DNA of 64,000 nt, taken from assembly GCA_022827275.1 (NCBI GenBank), contig JAJDTG010000010.1, forward strand, positions 155,641 through 219,640. Reading direction: 5' to 3'. This stretch comes from Candidatus Dadabacteria bacterium. Lineage in GTDB: Bacteria > Desulfobacterota_D > UBA1144 > Nemesobacterales > Nemesobacteraceae. Shown here one piece after another: positions 8,926 to 18,345 of this stretch. Made by a program: the position numbers and the translations under genes. A model generated the notes under the pieces. It was not told where the DNA came from, made no database searches, and was given only the letters and a program-made list of their open reading frames with translations. The first letter of the stretch is position 1. Each line of letters begins with the position of its first letter.

Positions 8926-10104
8926 ATGGATCAGTCCATAAACCAGGAAATACTAGCGAAGAGAAACCAGATACCTAACTGGGTATTCATGGTTTTTGTT
9001 GCCCTTGCGGTTGTGGGCGCGGGGGCTTTCGTTATTAACGCTAGGGGAGAGAACGCTGAAGAGGTCTGGCAGCTTTTCCTGGTGAATTTTCTTTTCTGGA
9101 CGGGAGTCGCGCAGGGCGGGCTTGTGTTCTCCTGCATACTCAGGATAACCAACGCCAGGTGGGGAAGGGGGCTTCTTCGCATAAGCGAGGGTTTCGCGAG
9201 TTTTACGGTGGTCTCCTTAGTGCTCCTGCTGGTTCTTTTCATCGGAAAGGAATTTGTTCTTCCCTACGCGCATCACCACTACCACAGCCCCAAGGACATA
9301 TGGCTTAACGTAAATTTCGTGATGGCGAGAAACGTGATAGGTTTTGCGGGACTTTTAGTGCTCAATTATTTCTACCTGAAAACATCCATACGTCAGGATC
9401 TCGACGGCAGGGAAAACATCGTGAAGTTAAAGAAACTTGCCCCGGCCGTGATCGGGGTTTACGCCATTGTTTTCTCCCTCTTCGCCTGGGATTTTATGAT
9501 GTCGCTTGATCCTCACTGGTTCAGCACTCTTTTCGGTCCCTACTATTTCATGGGAAGCCTGATAGCCGCCATAGGGGCGACGATAATACTTTCGGTTCCC
9601 CTCAAGCGTTATCTGGGACTTGACGACTACCTGTCTGTTCATCATTACTGGGATATGGGAAAAATACTTCAGGGTTTTTCTCTTTTCTGGGTTTACCTGA
9701 TGTTCTCCCAGCTTCTTACGATCTGGTACGCGAACATGCCTGAGGAGACTGGGTTTGTTATAAAAAGGGTTGTGGACGAGCCTTTCCGCTCGTTTGCCTG
9801 GGCGATACTCACATGCTGCTTCATATTTCCTTTTGTCTCCCTGCTGCCCCGCTCACACAAGATAGTTACCCCGATAGCCGTTTTTATCGCCACGGTTTCT
9901 TTCTCGGGGCTCTGGATGGATAAATTCCTGCTGGTTATCCCTTCGCTTACAAACGAGCTGGTTTTCAGTATCAATCACTTCCTGATCACTCTCGGTTTTC
10001 TCGCTGGGTTCGTTGCAACATTTCTTCTGTTCATAAACAGGTTCCCGGTAATACCTTTCGGCGATCCTTACTTTGACGGCAAGTCAAAAGGAGGAGGGCA
10101 TTAA
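8926..10104 (+). CDS. actF: Alternative Complex III subunit ActF (NrfD-like membrane subunit, paralog of ActC)
   Basis: 392 aa and polytopic. AAGGAG precedes the start. It sits in the actF position after actE. Confidence 0.8.
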   Translation: MDQSINQEILAKRNQIPNWVFMVFVALAVVGAGAFVINARGENAEEVWQLFLVNFLFWTGVAQGGLVFSCILRITNARWGRGLLRISEGFASFTVVSLVLLLVLFIGKEFVLPYAHHHYHSPKDIWLNVNFVMARNVIGFAGLLVLNYFYLKTSIRQDLDGRENIVKLKKLAPAVIGVYAIVFSLFAWDFMMSLDPHWFSTLFGPYYFMGSLIAAIGATIILSVPLKRYLGLDDYLSVHHYWDMGKILQGFSLFWVYLMFSQLLTIWYANMPEETGFVIKRVVDEPFRSFAWAILTCCFIFPFVSLLPRSHKIVTPIAVFIATVSFSGLWMDKFLLVIPSLTNELVFSINHFLITLGFLAGFVATFLLFINRFPVIPFGDPYFDGKSKGGGH

Positions 10105-10105
10105 T

Positions 10106-10255
10106 ATGAAACTCACCCCCGAACAGCTTGACAAGCTGACACTCTTTGTCGCCGTAAAGGTGGCCCTCGGTGTCGCGGCCTTCATGGGAATAGTGGCGAC
10201 CGTAGCGCTTTTCGGCACCAAGATAGCTCCATTGATGGGCAAACTTCCCTGGTAA
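10106..10255 (+). CDS. Small single-TM protein immediately after actF; possibly an ACIII accessory subunit
   Basis: MKLTPEQLDKLTLFVAVKVALGVAAFMGIVATVALFG. A strong RBS (AAAGGAGGAGGG) sits directly upstream. The ORF track gives a longer 10073 start. Confidence 0.4.
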   Translation: MKLTPEQLDKLTLFVAVKVALGVAAFMGIVATVALFGTKIAPLMGKLPW

Positions 10256-10386
10256 TTCTTCCCTATCTTCCATTGTGAATTGACTAAGCGTCACGGAACA
10301 TGTCTTAAGACGCTTTGCTCGAAACCGGATATAATTTCCGAGCGGTTTTTTCCGTTTTTCATAAAAAATCTTCTAAGGAGTTTTTC

Positions 10387-10737
10387 ATGTCCAAAGATGC
10401 CGAAATCAAGCTGAAGGTAGTGCTGGGGGACGACAATATTCCCGAGGATCTCTTCTGGGAGGCTTCCCAGTCCGAGGAACCGGGAGAGAAGCGTTGCGAG
10501 GCGGCTTTTATCTCCATGTGGGATGCCGAGAAGAAAGAATCTCTGGTAATAGATCTTTGGACCAAGAAAATGGAAGTGGGAGAGATGAACTATCATTTTT
10601 ACTATACGATGATGAAAATGGCCGACACCTACGAAAGGGCTACCTCCGAGAGGCAGATATCGAACAGAATGAGGGAATTCGCGGGTGAGTTCGCCGAGAT
10701 GGTCCTTGAGTCTTTCGGAGGCCAGAAAAGCTCCTGA
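10387..10737 (+). CDS. GldC-like protein
   Basis: 116 aa counted from the ATG with AAGGAG upstream. EIKLKVVLGDDNIPEDLFWEASQ...FISMWDAEKKESLVIDLWTKKMEVGEMNYHF...MADTYERAT resembles what I recall of Flavobacterium GldC (a ...LWTKDM... segment). Confidence 0.5.
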   Translation: MSKDAEIKLKVVLGDDNIPEDLFWEASQSEEPGEKRCEAAFISMWDAEKKESLVIDLWTKKMEVGEMNYHFYYTMMKMADTYERATSERQISNRMREFAGEFAEMVLESFGGQKSS

Positions 10738-10755
10738 CCAATATCCTTGGTGCCG

Positions 10756-10805
10756 CGCAAGATTAAGGAAACGCCAGGTTCCCCGGACATTTCCTTAATC
10801 TTGCG
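10756..10805. terminator. Perfect 16-bp stem hairpin between convergent genes; candidate bidirectional terminator
   Basis: CGCAAGATTAAGGAAA (10756-10771) pairs with TTTCCTTAATCTTGCG (10790-10805) around an 18-nt loop. It lies between the + gene ending at 10737 and the - gene ending at 10818. Confidence 0.5.
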
Positions 10806-10817
10806 ACCCAAAAGGCA

Positions 10818-11213
10818 TCAGTAAAAAACTCTCACGGCGATAAAAGCGAAGAAAAACCCCACGCACCATAGAAGCACGGATAACAGATATATCCAGTTAC
10901 TTGTCTTTCGTAATCTGGCACACGCCATTGCCTGCGCCGGGTCGATCGGACAGGGTGCGTTTCTAGCCCTCCAGAGCGCGAATCCGGCGATTAGAAGCAT
11001 CGCTCCTGAGATTCCGAACGTCCAGGCTTTGTATTCTGACAACGCGATAAGCCAGGGTGCGGTTCCTACGATTCCCGCCAGGACCGCGCCGGCGCCGACC
11101 GTCACCAATAATGCGGGAAGGGCGCAGCACACCAGCGTTCCAGCGGACGTAAGCAGGCTGAGCGAGGGGAGAAGCGTTTGCTTCACTCCATAGCCGGAAT
11201 TTGTGTTATCCAT
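10818..11213 (-). CDS. MerT-like heavy-metal (mercuric ion) transport membrane protein
   Basis: 131 aa with 3 TM segments. There is a CC pair in TM1 (LVCCALPALL) and a Cys pair in the cytoplasmic loop (APCPIDPAQAMAC). This matches MerT topology. Confidence 0.65.
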   Translation of the reverse strand: MDNTNSGYGVKQTLLPSLSLLTSAGTLVCCALPALLVTVGAGAVLAGIVGTAPWLIALSEYKAWTFGISGAMLLIAGFALWRARNAPCPIDPAQAMACARLRKTSNWIYLLSVLLWCVGFFFAFIAVRVFY

Positions 11214-11595
11214 GCTCGCACCCCCTGTGGATGGCGCTCACGTTGTACCCAGAGTCCGCGATAAGCTTCGTAATCGTTGCATCGTCAATGGTCAATCCGG
11301 GTTTCATAGCGACCACTATGGAACCTTTGCCAAGATCAACCTTGATTCCCCCAACATCGCCGCGTTTTAGGAAGACTTTTTCCAGGGAACGGGCGCAGAA
11401 ATCGCATACAAGCCCGCTGACCTTGATATTGATAGTGTCTTCACAAGCGGCATTTCCCGTGTCGTTTGAAGCGGCAGAGGGCTCAGCCACCTGACCTTCA
11501 TGGTTATGGTTATGTTCGTGTTCTCCATGTTGCGCAAGGCTTGGGAACACAAAGAAAAACGTCATAAAAAGAATCGCTGTGATTGATATTTTCAT
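11206..11595 (-). CDS. MerP-like periplasmic heavy-metal-binding (HMA domain) protein with a His-rich N-terminus
   Basis: A signal peptide is followed by a HGEHEHNHNHEG stretch and an HMA fold. The metal-binding loop reads GLVCDFCA, a CxxC in the position of the MerP GMTCxxC. Confidence 0.6.
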   Translation of the reverse strand: MKISITAILFMTFFFVFPSLAQHGEHEHNHNHEGQVAEPSAASNDTGNAACEDTINIKVSGLVCDFCARSLEKVFLKRGDVGGIKVDLGKGSIVVAMKPGLTIDDATITKLIADSGYNVSAIHRGCEHG

Positions 11596-11605
11596 AGTTT
11601 TCTCC

Positions 11606-12253
11606 TTAAAATCTTATTATTAAATTGAATAAAATCCCACCTTTGTCGCTGATTCCGACCTCAGCGAGATACTCGTTCTTAAAAAACCGGACAAAGGGCG
11701 TAAACGAGATGTTATCTCTCTCTCCCGTGATGTGGTCAACTTGCAGCATCAGCCAAGTGTGGATATCGCCGTAATCCCCGATATAAGGGGCGATTCCCAC
11801 CCGCGCTTTCTGCCTGAAGAACTTCGCTATGTCTTCGGCGTAGTAGACGCGGTTCTCATAACTCGTAAAGTACCGCCGGGTTTCCCAGTCAAGGGCGATA
11901 TCGGCAAAGGCGGCGGGCTGGGCTTCGCCGTCAGGCACTCCGAGATCACCATAGGCTATGCCAAGACCGCCTTTAAGATAAAAGTTTGCCTGTGAGGTCG
12001 CCGCATTATGGCGTTTCACCAGATAGTTAAGCTGTGCGCCGTGGAACTGCCACTCCTCCCCGCGCCAGTATTCGGTTCTGTATCCTATTGAATACTTGGC
12101 CGTCGGCGAATAATGAACGTGAAGAGAATGCGCGTTCTTGTCGTTTTTCTGCATGACCGTCCAGCCGCCCGGATATGAAACCGGACGGGACAGTGACTGA
12201 GGGGCGTATCCCATCAGGATCACGCAGCATAAAGTGAAAACTGTTAATTTCAT
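11606..12253 (-). CDS. Putative outer-membrane beta-barrel protein of unknown function
   Basis: A signal peptide is present. The sequence shows an alternating amphipathic pattern rich in Y/W/G and ends in a C-terminal Phe (…LIIRF). Confidence 0.4.
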   Translation of the reverse strand: MKLTVFTLCCVILMGYAPQSLSRPVSYPGGWTVMQKNDKNAHSLHVHYSPTAKYSIGYRTEYWRGEEWQFHGAQLNYLVKRHNAATSQANFYLKGGLGIAYGDLGVPDGEAQPAAFADIALDWETRRYFTSYENRVYYAEDIAKFFRQKARVGIAPYIGDYGDIHTWLMLQVDHITGERDNISFTPFVRFFKNEYLAEVGISDKGGILFNLIIRF

Positions 12254-12331
12254 GTTTCCTCCTGAGTATCGATTATGGCTTGGCGACGCCGAGGCGAAGC
12301 CGTTTATAGCGCGCGGACGCGCGCGATTTGC

Positions 12332-12682
12332 TCAGGAGAGGTGTTTTGGAGGTCGGAAATGGGTTTCGATCTGGCGGGAAGACAGAAGCTGATCGGCAAG
12401 AATTCCGACAGCAGATCCCCCGTGATGATCTTTTAATTCTTCAAGCGGCAATGCGTTTATCTGGACACAATGCTGGCAGTCGCAGCCATCGCATTGTTCG
12501 GAGCTTCGATCTTCCGAATCTTTTGTTTCATGGCAAGGCATGTCCATCTCGGCGTCCATCTGCATCTCGGCGGAAGCCTTCTCCATGTTCATTGGACATG
12601 TGGAGAGAGCGTTCGCCACACCGCCGGTAAGAAACAATACGATGCATGTTGCCAGTAGTACTGTTGTCTTCATGGTGTCCAC
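12332..12682 (-). CDS. Putative secreted Cys/Met-rich metal-binding protein
   Basis: A signal peptide is followed by CPMNMEKASAEMQMDAEMDMPCHE...CDGCDCQHC. I prefer this over the Arg-rich overlapping + strand ORF 12328..12630. Confidence 0.4.
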   Translation of the reverse strand: MDTMKTTVLLATCIVLFLTGGVANALSTCPMNMEKASAEMQMDAEMDMPCHETKDSEDRSSEQCDGCDCQHCVQINALPLEELKDHHGGSAVGILADQLLSSRQIETHFRPPKHLS

Positions 12683-12794
12683 ATCCTGATTATAGGCTAT
12701 TCACTTTTAGTTCAAACTTCAACGGCAGAGGTTCGAAAGAAGCAGATTATGCGGGAGTGGTTGCAAACTAATGAAGAGCTGCAGCAATACGTTT

Positions 12795-13727
12795 TTATCT
12801 GAATTCGGGTATTACTTCCTTTGCGAAAAGCTCTATGGTCTTGGGATTCATCACGTCGGAGAAGAAGATTGTGTATTTAGATATTCCTTTTTCCAAATCC
12901 GCGTTGATCTTTCCTACGCAGTCTTCCGGGGTTCCCACGATCCCGAGTTTTTCTATGTCTCCGAAGAACCCGTAGCGTCTCTGGGCCTTTTCGAGTTTCT
13001 CGGGGAGATCTTTTCTGTCCTCAACCAGAACGCAGACGGTCTGCTGAGATATCGTTATATCTTCTATGTCTCTTCCGATTTCCTCGCAGTGCTTACGGAG
13101 TATCGAGTGCTTGCGGTCAAATTCAAGCGCACTTGTCGCAGGACAGTTCCATTCATCGGCGAGTTCAGCCACTGTCCTTAAGAGGAATTTTTCTCCGGAA
13201 CCTCCGATGCATACGGGGATGTGAGGACGCTGAACGGGCTTGGGGTTGCAAAACGCGTTTTCCACTTTGTAATGTTTGCCGGCAAAAGAGGCGGTTTCAT
13301 CAGTCCACATCAGTTTCAGTATCGTGACCGCTTCTCTCAGCATCTCTATTCTTTCTTTCGTTGAAGGAAAGGGATATCCGTAAGCGCGAAATTCCTCTTC
13401 AAACCATCCGGCCCCTATTGCGAATTCCAGGCGTCCATTGCTTATCACGTCAAGCGTTGAAGCCATCTTGGCAAGCAGGGGAGGGTACCTGAACGGGTTG
13501 CAGAGCACCATCGTTCCGAGCTTAACGTTCTCCGTTACAGTCGAGAGTGCGGACATTAGAGTCCAGGGTTCATAGATGTCTATGCCTATTATTCCCTGAC
13601 CTAGGACATGATCGTAGAACCAAACGGAATCATATCCGGTCGAGTCGCATAACTGCGCCGCGGCCTTTATATCCTCAAAATCTATTTTCTGCTGCCTCAG
13701 CATTACTCCGAATTCGGGTCTGCCCAT
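12795..13727 (-). CDS. Luciferase-like monooxygenase (LLM) class flavin/F420-dependent oxidoreductase
   Basis: 310 aa with the TIM-barrel LLM signature (…SVWFYDHV…, LGTMVLCNPFRYPPLLAKMASTLDVISNGRLEFAIGAGW). Confidence 0.7.
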   Translation of the reverse strand: MGRPEFGVMLRQQKIDFEDIKAAAQLCDSTGYDSVWFYDHVLGQGIIGIDIYEPWTLMSALSTVTENVKLGTMVLCNPFRYPPLLAKMASTLDVISNGRLEFAIGAGWFEEEFRAYGYPFPSTKERIEMLREAVTILKLMWTDETASFAGKHYKVENAFCNPKPVQRPHIPVCIGGSGEKFLLRTVAELADEWNCPATSALEFDRKHSILRKHCEEIGRDIEDITISQQTVCVLVEDRKDLPEKLEKAQRRYGFFGDIEKLGIVGTPEDCVGKINADLEKGISKYTIFFSDVMNPKTIELFAKEVIPEFR

Positions 13728-13988
13728 TGTCTTTCTCCGTTTTTTGGTGTTCGCGCGGGGTTGTAAAGCGCACGGGTAATTATCCCTTTAGCCGGGGACG
13801 CTGTAAACACGGCACTGCCTCTTTTGCTTGCTTGGGCAGGGAAATAAAAGTTCACTGTTTCACTTCTTTATGCTATCATTACGGGCGACGGGAAGAAGAA
13901 AGCCCACAGTGTCTGAGGAACTTTTTGCCGCCTGTTTTAGATAGAACGAATTCCATTTCTTCTTAAATCTACGATCCAGAGGTTTCCA

Positions 13989-14603
13989 ATGAAAAACGCA
14001 ACTGTTTTCGCTCTATGCTTTATTTTCGCTTTGATTGCTTTTCCCGGTGACGGGTACTCTAATTCCGGTTCCAGTAATAACAAAAATACGTCCGCTAAAT
14101 CGAGCGGCAAGAAAGAAAGGAGAAAACCAATGGTTCTTATTTCAACTTCGCTGGGCGACATAAAACTCGAGCTTTATGAAGAAGAGGCGCCGATTACCGT
14201 GGGGAATTTTCTTTCCTACGTGGAAGAAGGATTTTACGACAGCACCATATTTCACAGGGTGATAAATAATTTCATGATACAGGGTGGCGGCATCACCGCG
14301 GACATGAAACAAAAGCCGACTAAAGCCCCGATAAAGAATGAGGCTGACAACGGTCTTAGAAATGAACGCGGCACCATAGCAATGGCCAGGACTGCCGAGG
14401 TTAATTCCGCGACGTCGCAGTTTTTTATAAATCACAGGGACAATTCTTTTCTTGATCATGGTGTCCGTGATTTCGGTTATGCGGTGTTCGGAAAAGTGGT
14501 TGAGGGAATTGAAGTTGTTGACAAAATCGCCGCTGTTCAGACCAGACCGGGAGATGTTCCCGTCGAGACGGTGTCTATTTTGTCCATGAAGGTCGTCAAT
14601 TAA
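13989..14603 (+). CDS. Secreted cyclophilin-type peptidyl-prolyl cis-trans isomerase
   Basis: It has a signal peptide and a low-complexity S/N/K linker. The cyclophilin core follows ([14 protein letters not shown]...[21 protein letters not shown]). Confidence 0.85.
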   Translation: MKNATVFALCFIFALIAFPGDGYSNSGSSNNKNTSAKSSGKKERRKPMVLISTSLGDIKLELYEEEAPITVGNFLSYVEEGFYDSTIFHRVINNFMIQGGGITADMKQKPTKAPIKNEADNGLRNERGTIAMARTAEVNSATSQFFINHRDNSFLDHGVRDFGYAVFGKVVEGIEVVDKIAAVQTRPGDVPVETVSILSMKVVN

Positions 14604-14621
14604 CAGACGGTCTCTTTTTTC

Positions 14622-15665
14622 GTGTCGAAAAAGATTACTTACAAAGGCGCCGGTGTTGACGTGGAGGAAGGCGAGAGGTTTGTGCGGCTTATAAAGCCTC
14701 TGGTCGAGTCGACCTACGGTGAAAGCAAAGTAAGCCCGCTCGGGGGTTTTGCGGGCGCTTTTCCGCTTGACGCAGCCGCTTTCCGCGAGCCCCTGCTTGT
14801 ATCGGCCACAGACGGCGTCGGCACGAAGCTCAAGACGGCCTTTTCGGCACGCAGGTTTGATACGATAGGTATAGACTTGGTAGCCATGAGCGTTAACGAC
14901 GTGATTACGTGCGGCGCTAAGCCCCTGTTCTTCCTTGATTATCTGGCTACTTCAAAGCTTGACTCGGAGCAGGCGGCCGAAGTGGTGAAAGGTATCTGCG
15001 AGGGATGTGTCCGGGCGGGATGCGTGCTCATCGGGGGCGAGACGGCGGAGATGCCCGGATTCTACGCCGAAGGGGAGTTTGATCTCGCGGGTTTCTGTGT
15101 CGGAGTGGTGGAGAAAGATCTTTACATTGACGGCGCTGGGGTAGGGCCCGGCGATGCGGTCATCGGGCTTGCTTCAAGCGGTCTTCATTCAAACGGCTAT
15201 TCTCTTGCGAGAAAGGTGCTTTTCGATGTCGGGGGCTATTCGATTGATTCAGAGCCCCAGGGCCTCTCGAGAACCCTTGGAGAGGAACTTCTCACACCCA
15301 CGGTTATATACTCAAGGGCTGTTCTTGGTCTCTGCGAGAAATTCGACGTAAAAGCCCTTGCCCACGTTACGGGCGGCGGGATTCCGGGAAACCTGTCAAG
15401 GGTTATCCCTGACGGGCTTTTTGCGGCAATTGATAGCAGTAGCTGGCCATCTGCTCCCATTTTTGAGCTGATAATGAAAACCGGGAACATAAACCGCGAC
15501 GAGATGTACTCCACGTTTAACTGCGGGATGGGAATGATAGCGGTGCTGCCGCGGGAGCAGGCCGAAGAAGCTTTATCCTTAGCGCGGGACCTGTCGGAAG
15601 CGGCTTACCTTATCGGCGAGATAAAAGAATCTGACTCCTCGGGTTCCAAGGTCCGCATTCTCTGA
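14622..15665 (+). CDS. purM: Phosphoribosylformylglycinamidine cyclo-ligase (AIR synthetase)
   Basis: YKGAGVDVEEGERFV...GGFAGAF...ATDGVGTKL are PurM hallmarks. A GTG start at 14622 is assumed. Confidence 0.85.
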   Translation: MSKKITYKGAGVDVEEGERFVRLIKPLVESTYGESKVSPLGGFAGAFPLDAAAFREPLLVSATDGVGTKLKTAFSARRFDTIGIDLVAMSVNDVITCGAKPLFFLDYLATSKLDSEQAAEVVKGICEGCVRAGCVLIGGETAEMPGFYAEGEFDLAGFCVGVVEKDLYIDGAGVGPGDAVIGLASSGLHSNGYSLARKVLFDVGGYSIDSEPQGLSRTLGEELLTPTVIYSRAVLGLCEKFDVKALAHVTGGGIPGNLSRVIPDGLFAAIDSSSWPSAPIFELIMKTGNINRDEMYSTFNCGMGMIAVLPREQAEEALSLARDLSEAAYLIGEIKESDSSGSKVRIL

Positions 15666-15674
15666 GAGTGCGGT

Positions 15675-16568
15675 TCAGTTGTAGTATCTTCCCCAGGTAG
15701 GAAGCTTGTAATCGAAAGTGGCGGGTATTTTGAGTTTTTCTTCCTCCCAGCTCTTGGGGAAGGGGTTATAGGGAGAAGCCACCCTTATTGTCCGAAGCAC
15801 CTCCTTGTCCAGGTTCTCGAAACCTGAAGGCCGGATTATCCTCACGTTTTCAAGGTATCCGTCTTTTCTGAGCGTGAAAACGATACGCACGTTTCCCTGT
15901 TCCCTTCTTATCTGCGACTCCTTGGGGTACTGCCAGACCTGGTAGATTCTCTCTTTCAGTTTCGTGAAGTAGGAGATGTATTTGTATTCCGTCGTGTTGA
16001 GATCAACGGTAATTTCCTTCTCGGCGTCTTTGGTGCCAAGAAGCTGCTCATCTGTATTGTAGTCGAAGGGAACGTCCGCTATCCTGGGATTGACCATCTG
16101 GGAGGCGGAAGCGCTCGGAGTGCTTCCGGGCCGTTGGTCGGGACTGGCCTTCCTTTTTTCGGGTTTATTTCTTTCTCCCTCGGGGATAATGGCGACCCGG
16201 TCTTTTTCGGGAGAGAACCTCTCCGCGCTTTTTTCCTGTTCTCCGGGTTGAATGGTTCCCGCGGGTTTCCTTTGCACAGTGCTTTTCTTTGTCGGCTGGG
16301 GAGCGGATCTTGAGAGTTTCGTCGTGTCATCTATCGTAGTCTCTTTTTCCGCCCTGTGAGACTTGTCGGCGAGTCTTGACGGCTTGTCAGGAGGCTCAGT
16401 CTCTTTAACTGGTATCTCGATAAGTTCTATGAACGTTTTATCAAGCGCAGGCTTGAGACTTTCGGGATCGGGCAGTATTTCTGAGAAAAGAAGCTGAATC
16501 AGCAGGAGATTCAGCACGGTTGAGATCAGAAGAAAGACCGGGAAAGAGACTTTTCTGTTCCTGTTCAT
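15675..16568 (-). CDS. TonB-family energy transducer
   Basis: It has an N-terminal TM anchor and a Pro/Lys/Glu-rich spacer. The C-terminal TonB-like domain reads GNVRIVFTLRKDGYLENVRIIRPSGFENLDKEVLRTI. Confidence 0.6.
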   Translation of the reverse strand: MNRNRKVSFPVFLLISTVLNLLLIQLLFSEILPDPESLKPALDKTFIELIEIPVKETEPPDKPSRLADKSHRAEKETTIDDTTKLSRSAPQPTKKSTVQRKPAGTIQPGEQEKSAERFSPEKDRVAIIPEGERNKPEKRKASPDQRPGSTPSASASQMVNPRIADVPFDYNTDEQLLGTKDAEKEITVDLNTTEYKYISYFTKLKERIYQVWQYPKESQIRREQGNVRIVFTLRKDGYLENVRIIRPSGFENLDKEVLRTIRVASPYNPFPKSWEEEKLKIPATFDYKLPTWGRYYN

Positions 16569-16609
16569 CGGGGTTTACCAGTGTTTTGCCGCGCGCGGGG
16601 CGGGGCCTG

Positions 16610-17638
16610 TCATATTTTCAGTATATTCTGTATGAGAACCCTGGCAAAGTCGGCCGTTTTGAGACTGCCTCCCAGATCCTGTGTCGTGTCGCCGTTTGAA
16701 AGGGCTATGTTGTAAGCTGTTTTTATCTTGTCGGCAGCTTCTCTCATATCCTCTCTTCCCTCTGAATCTGCGAGATACCTAAGCATCATTACCGCTGACA
16801 TTATTAGAGCGAGCGGATTCGCTATTTCAAGTCCCGCTATGTCCGGCGCCGACCCGTGCACCGCTTCAAAGACCGAGTATTCATCCCCTATATTGGCACC
16901 GGGAACAACGCCGAGTCCTCCGACAAGGCCGGCGCAGAGGTCGCTCATCACGTCGCCGTAGAGGTTTTCAAGCAGCAGCGTATCAAACATGCCCGGATCC
17001 TGAACCAGTCTCATGCATCCCGCGTCTATGATGTACTCTTCATACTCGATGTCCGGATACTGCTCGCTTGCCTCCCTTGCCTTGCTGATAAAAAGACCGT
17101 CGGTGATCTTCATTATATTGGCCTTGTGAAACACGGTTATCTTTTTTCTGCCTCTTTTTCTCGCGTACTCAAACCCCCATCTGGCGATTCGCTCGCATGC
17201 TCTCTCGGTTGCGACCTTCATGCTCATCACGACTCCGGGGGAAACCGTGTTCTCAACGCCACTGTAAAGACCTTCGGTGTTCTCGCGCACGATGACTATG
17301 TTAACGTCGGAGAATCTGGTTCTCACGCCTTCGATGTTTCGTACCGGCCTTACGGCTGCGTACAGGTCAAGTTTTTTCCTCAGTTCCACGTTTGCCGACG
17401 AAAACCCCTCTCCTATGGGGGTCGTGCATGGACCCTTGAGTGCGACTTTATGTTCCCTTATGGAGTCCAGAGTGACTTCGGGCAGGACTTCCCGGTATTT
17501 CTCTATGGCCGATACGCCGGCCCTTCTTATTACCCATTCGATCTTGGCTCCGGAAGCGGCGATTACGTCCTTTGTCGCTTCGGCGATTTCCGGGCCGATA
17601 CCGTCTCCCGGGATTAAAACGACTTTTCTAGCGCTCAT
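16610..17638 (-). CDS. Isocitrate/isopropylmalate dehydrogenase-family enzyme (likely NAD-dependent isocitrate or homoisocitrate dehydrogenase)
   Basis: 342 aa. [27 protein letters not shown] and [19 protein letters not shown] are family motifs. Confidence 0.75.
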   Translation of the reverse strand: MSARKVVLIPGDGIGPEIAEATKDVIAASGAKIEWVIRRAGVSAIEKYREVLPEVTLDSIREHKVALKGPCTTPIGEGFSSANVELRKKLDLYAAVRPVRNIEGVRTRFSDVNIVIVRENTEGLYSGVENTVSPGVVMSMKVATERACERIARWGFEYARKRGRKKITVFHKANIMKITDGLFISKAREASEQYPDIEYEEYIIDAGCMRLVQDPGMFDTLLLENLYGDVMSDLCAGLVGGLGVVPGANIGDEYSVFEAVHGSAPDIAGLEIANPLALIMSAVMMLRYLADSEGREDMREAADKIKTAYNIALSNGDTTQDLGGSLKTADFARVLIQNILKI

Positions 17639-17763
17639 AATCTATACGTGTGGTATGGTTTGAAACCAAGTTTCTATGAAACATATATCTTCTAATGAGG
17701 CAAGTTAAGTGCCAATAAATCACTTTCCATGCCCGCATGTCCGCGAAGCTCTCGCCAGGCCCT

Positions 17764-18345
17764 TCAGCCCAGTTTCTTTAGAAGTAATACTCCAACCAGA
17801 AGCAGTGTGAAAAATATAACCGTAAATATGTTGAAATATTTGTCGATAAGCAATTTAACTCTCTCTCCGAAAACCGAAAGAAGGCATGCTACTATCGCGA
17901 ATCTGGCCGTTCTTCCCACCGCGCATGCGGCGATGAAGGTCGGGAAATCGACCTTGAAGACCCCTGCCGTTACGGTAAACGCCTTAAATGGTATTGGAGT
18001 GAAGGCTCCGGCCAGAACGGCTTCAAAGGCGTTAGCCGAGTATTTGTCGCTTACCGTGGCGAACGCCTCCGCGGTTATTATGTGCGAGGTAAAGAAGTCC
18101 CCGATAATCTCCCACACCCAGTATCCTATGAGATACCCGGCTGCCGCTCCCAGTATGGAAAAAACGGAGCAGTAAAGAGCGAAGCGATATGACTTTCTGG
18201 GGTTTCCGAGACATAGCGCCATGAGAAGTGGATCCGGGGGGATGGGAAAAAAAGACGCTTCAGTGAAGGAAACCAGGGAAAGCGCAAAGGGACCATGTTT
18301 TCTGTCCGCCCAGCCCAAAACCCATTCATAGAGGCTTTTAAGCAT
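17764..18345 (-). CDS. DedA/VTT-domain (YqaA-like) membrane protein
   Basis: 193 aa. The FTEASFFPIPPDPLLMAL motif is typical of the DedA family. Confidence 0.65.
   Translation of the reverse strand: MLKSLYEWVLGWADRKHGPFALSLVSFTEASFFPIPPDPLLMALCLGNPRKSYRFALYCSVFSILGAAAGYLIGYWVWEIIGDFFTSHIITAEAFATVSDKYSANAFEAVLAGAFTPIPFKAFTVTAGVFKVDFPTFIAACAVGRTARFAIVACLLSVFGERVKLLIDKYFNIFTVIFFTLLLVGVLLLKKLG

Noticed and set aside
10315-10386. Upstream extension of the GldC-like ORF (start 10315)
   Set aside because: An AAGGAG RBS directly precedes the ATG at 10387, and the extension overlaps the terminator-poor actF 3' region. I prefer the shorter ORF.
12328-12658. + strand ORFs 12328..12630 and 12470..12658
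   Set aside because: They overlap the minus-strand ORF, which has a signal peptide and Cys/Met-rich motifs and is co-oriented with the mer-like cluster. The + strand ORFs are Arg/His-rich without recognisable features.
16079-16330. ORF 16079..16330 (-) and others nested in the tonB-like gene
   Set aside because: It is an alternative frame of the Pro/Lys-rich TonB linker region, a composition artefact.
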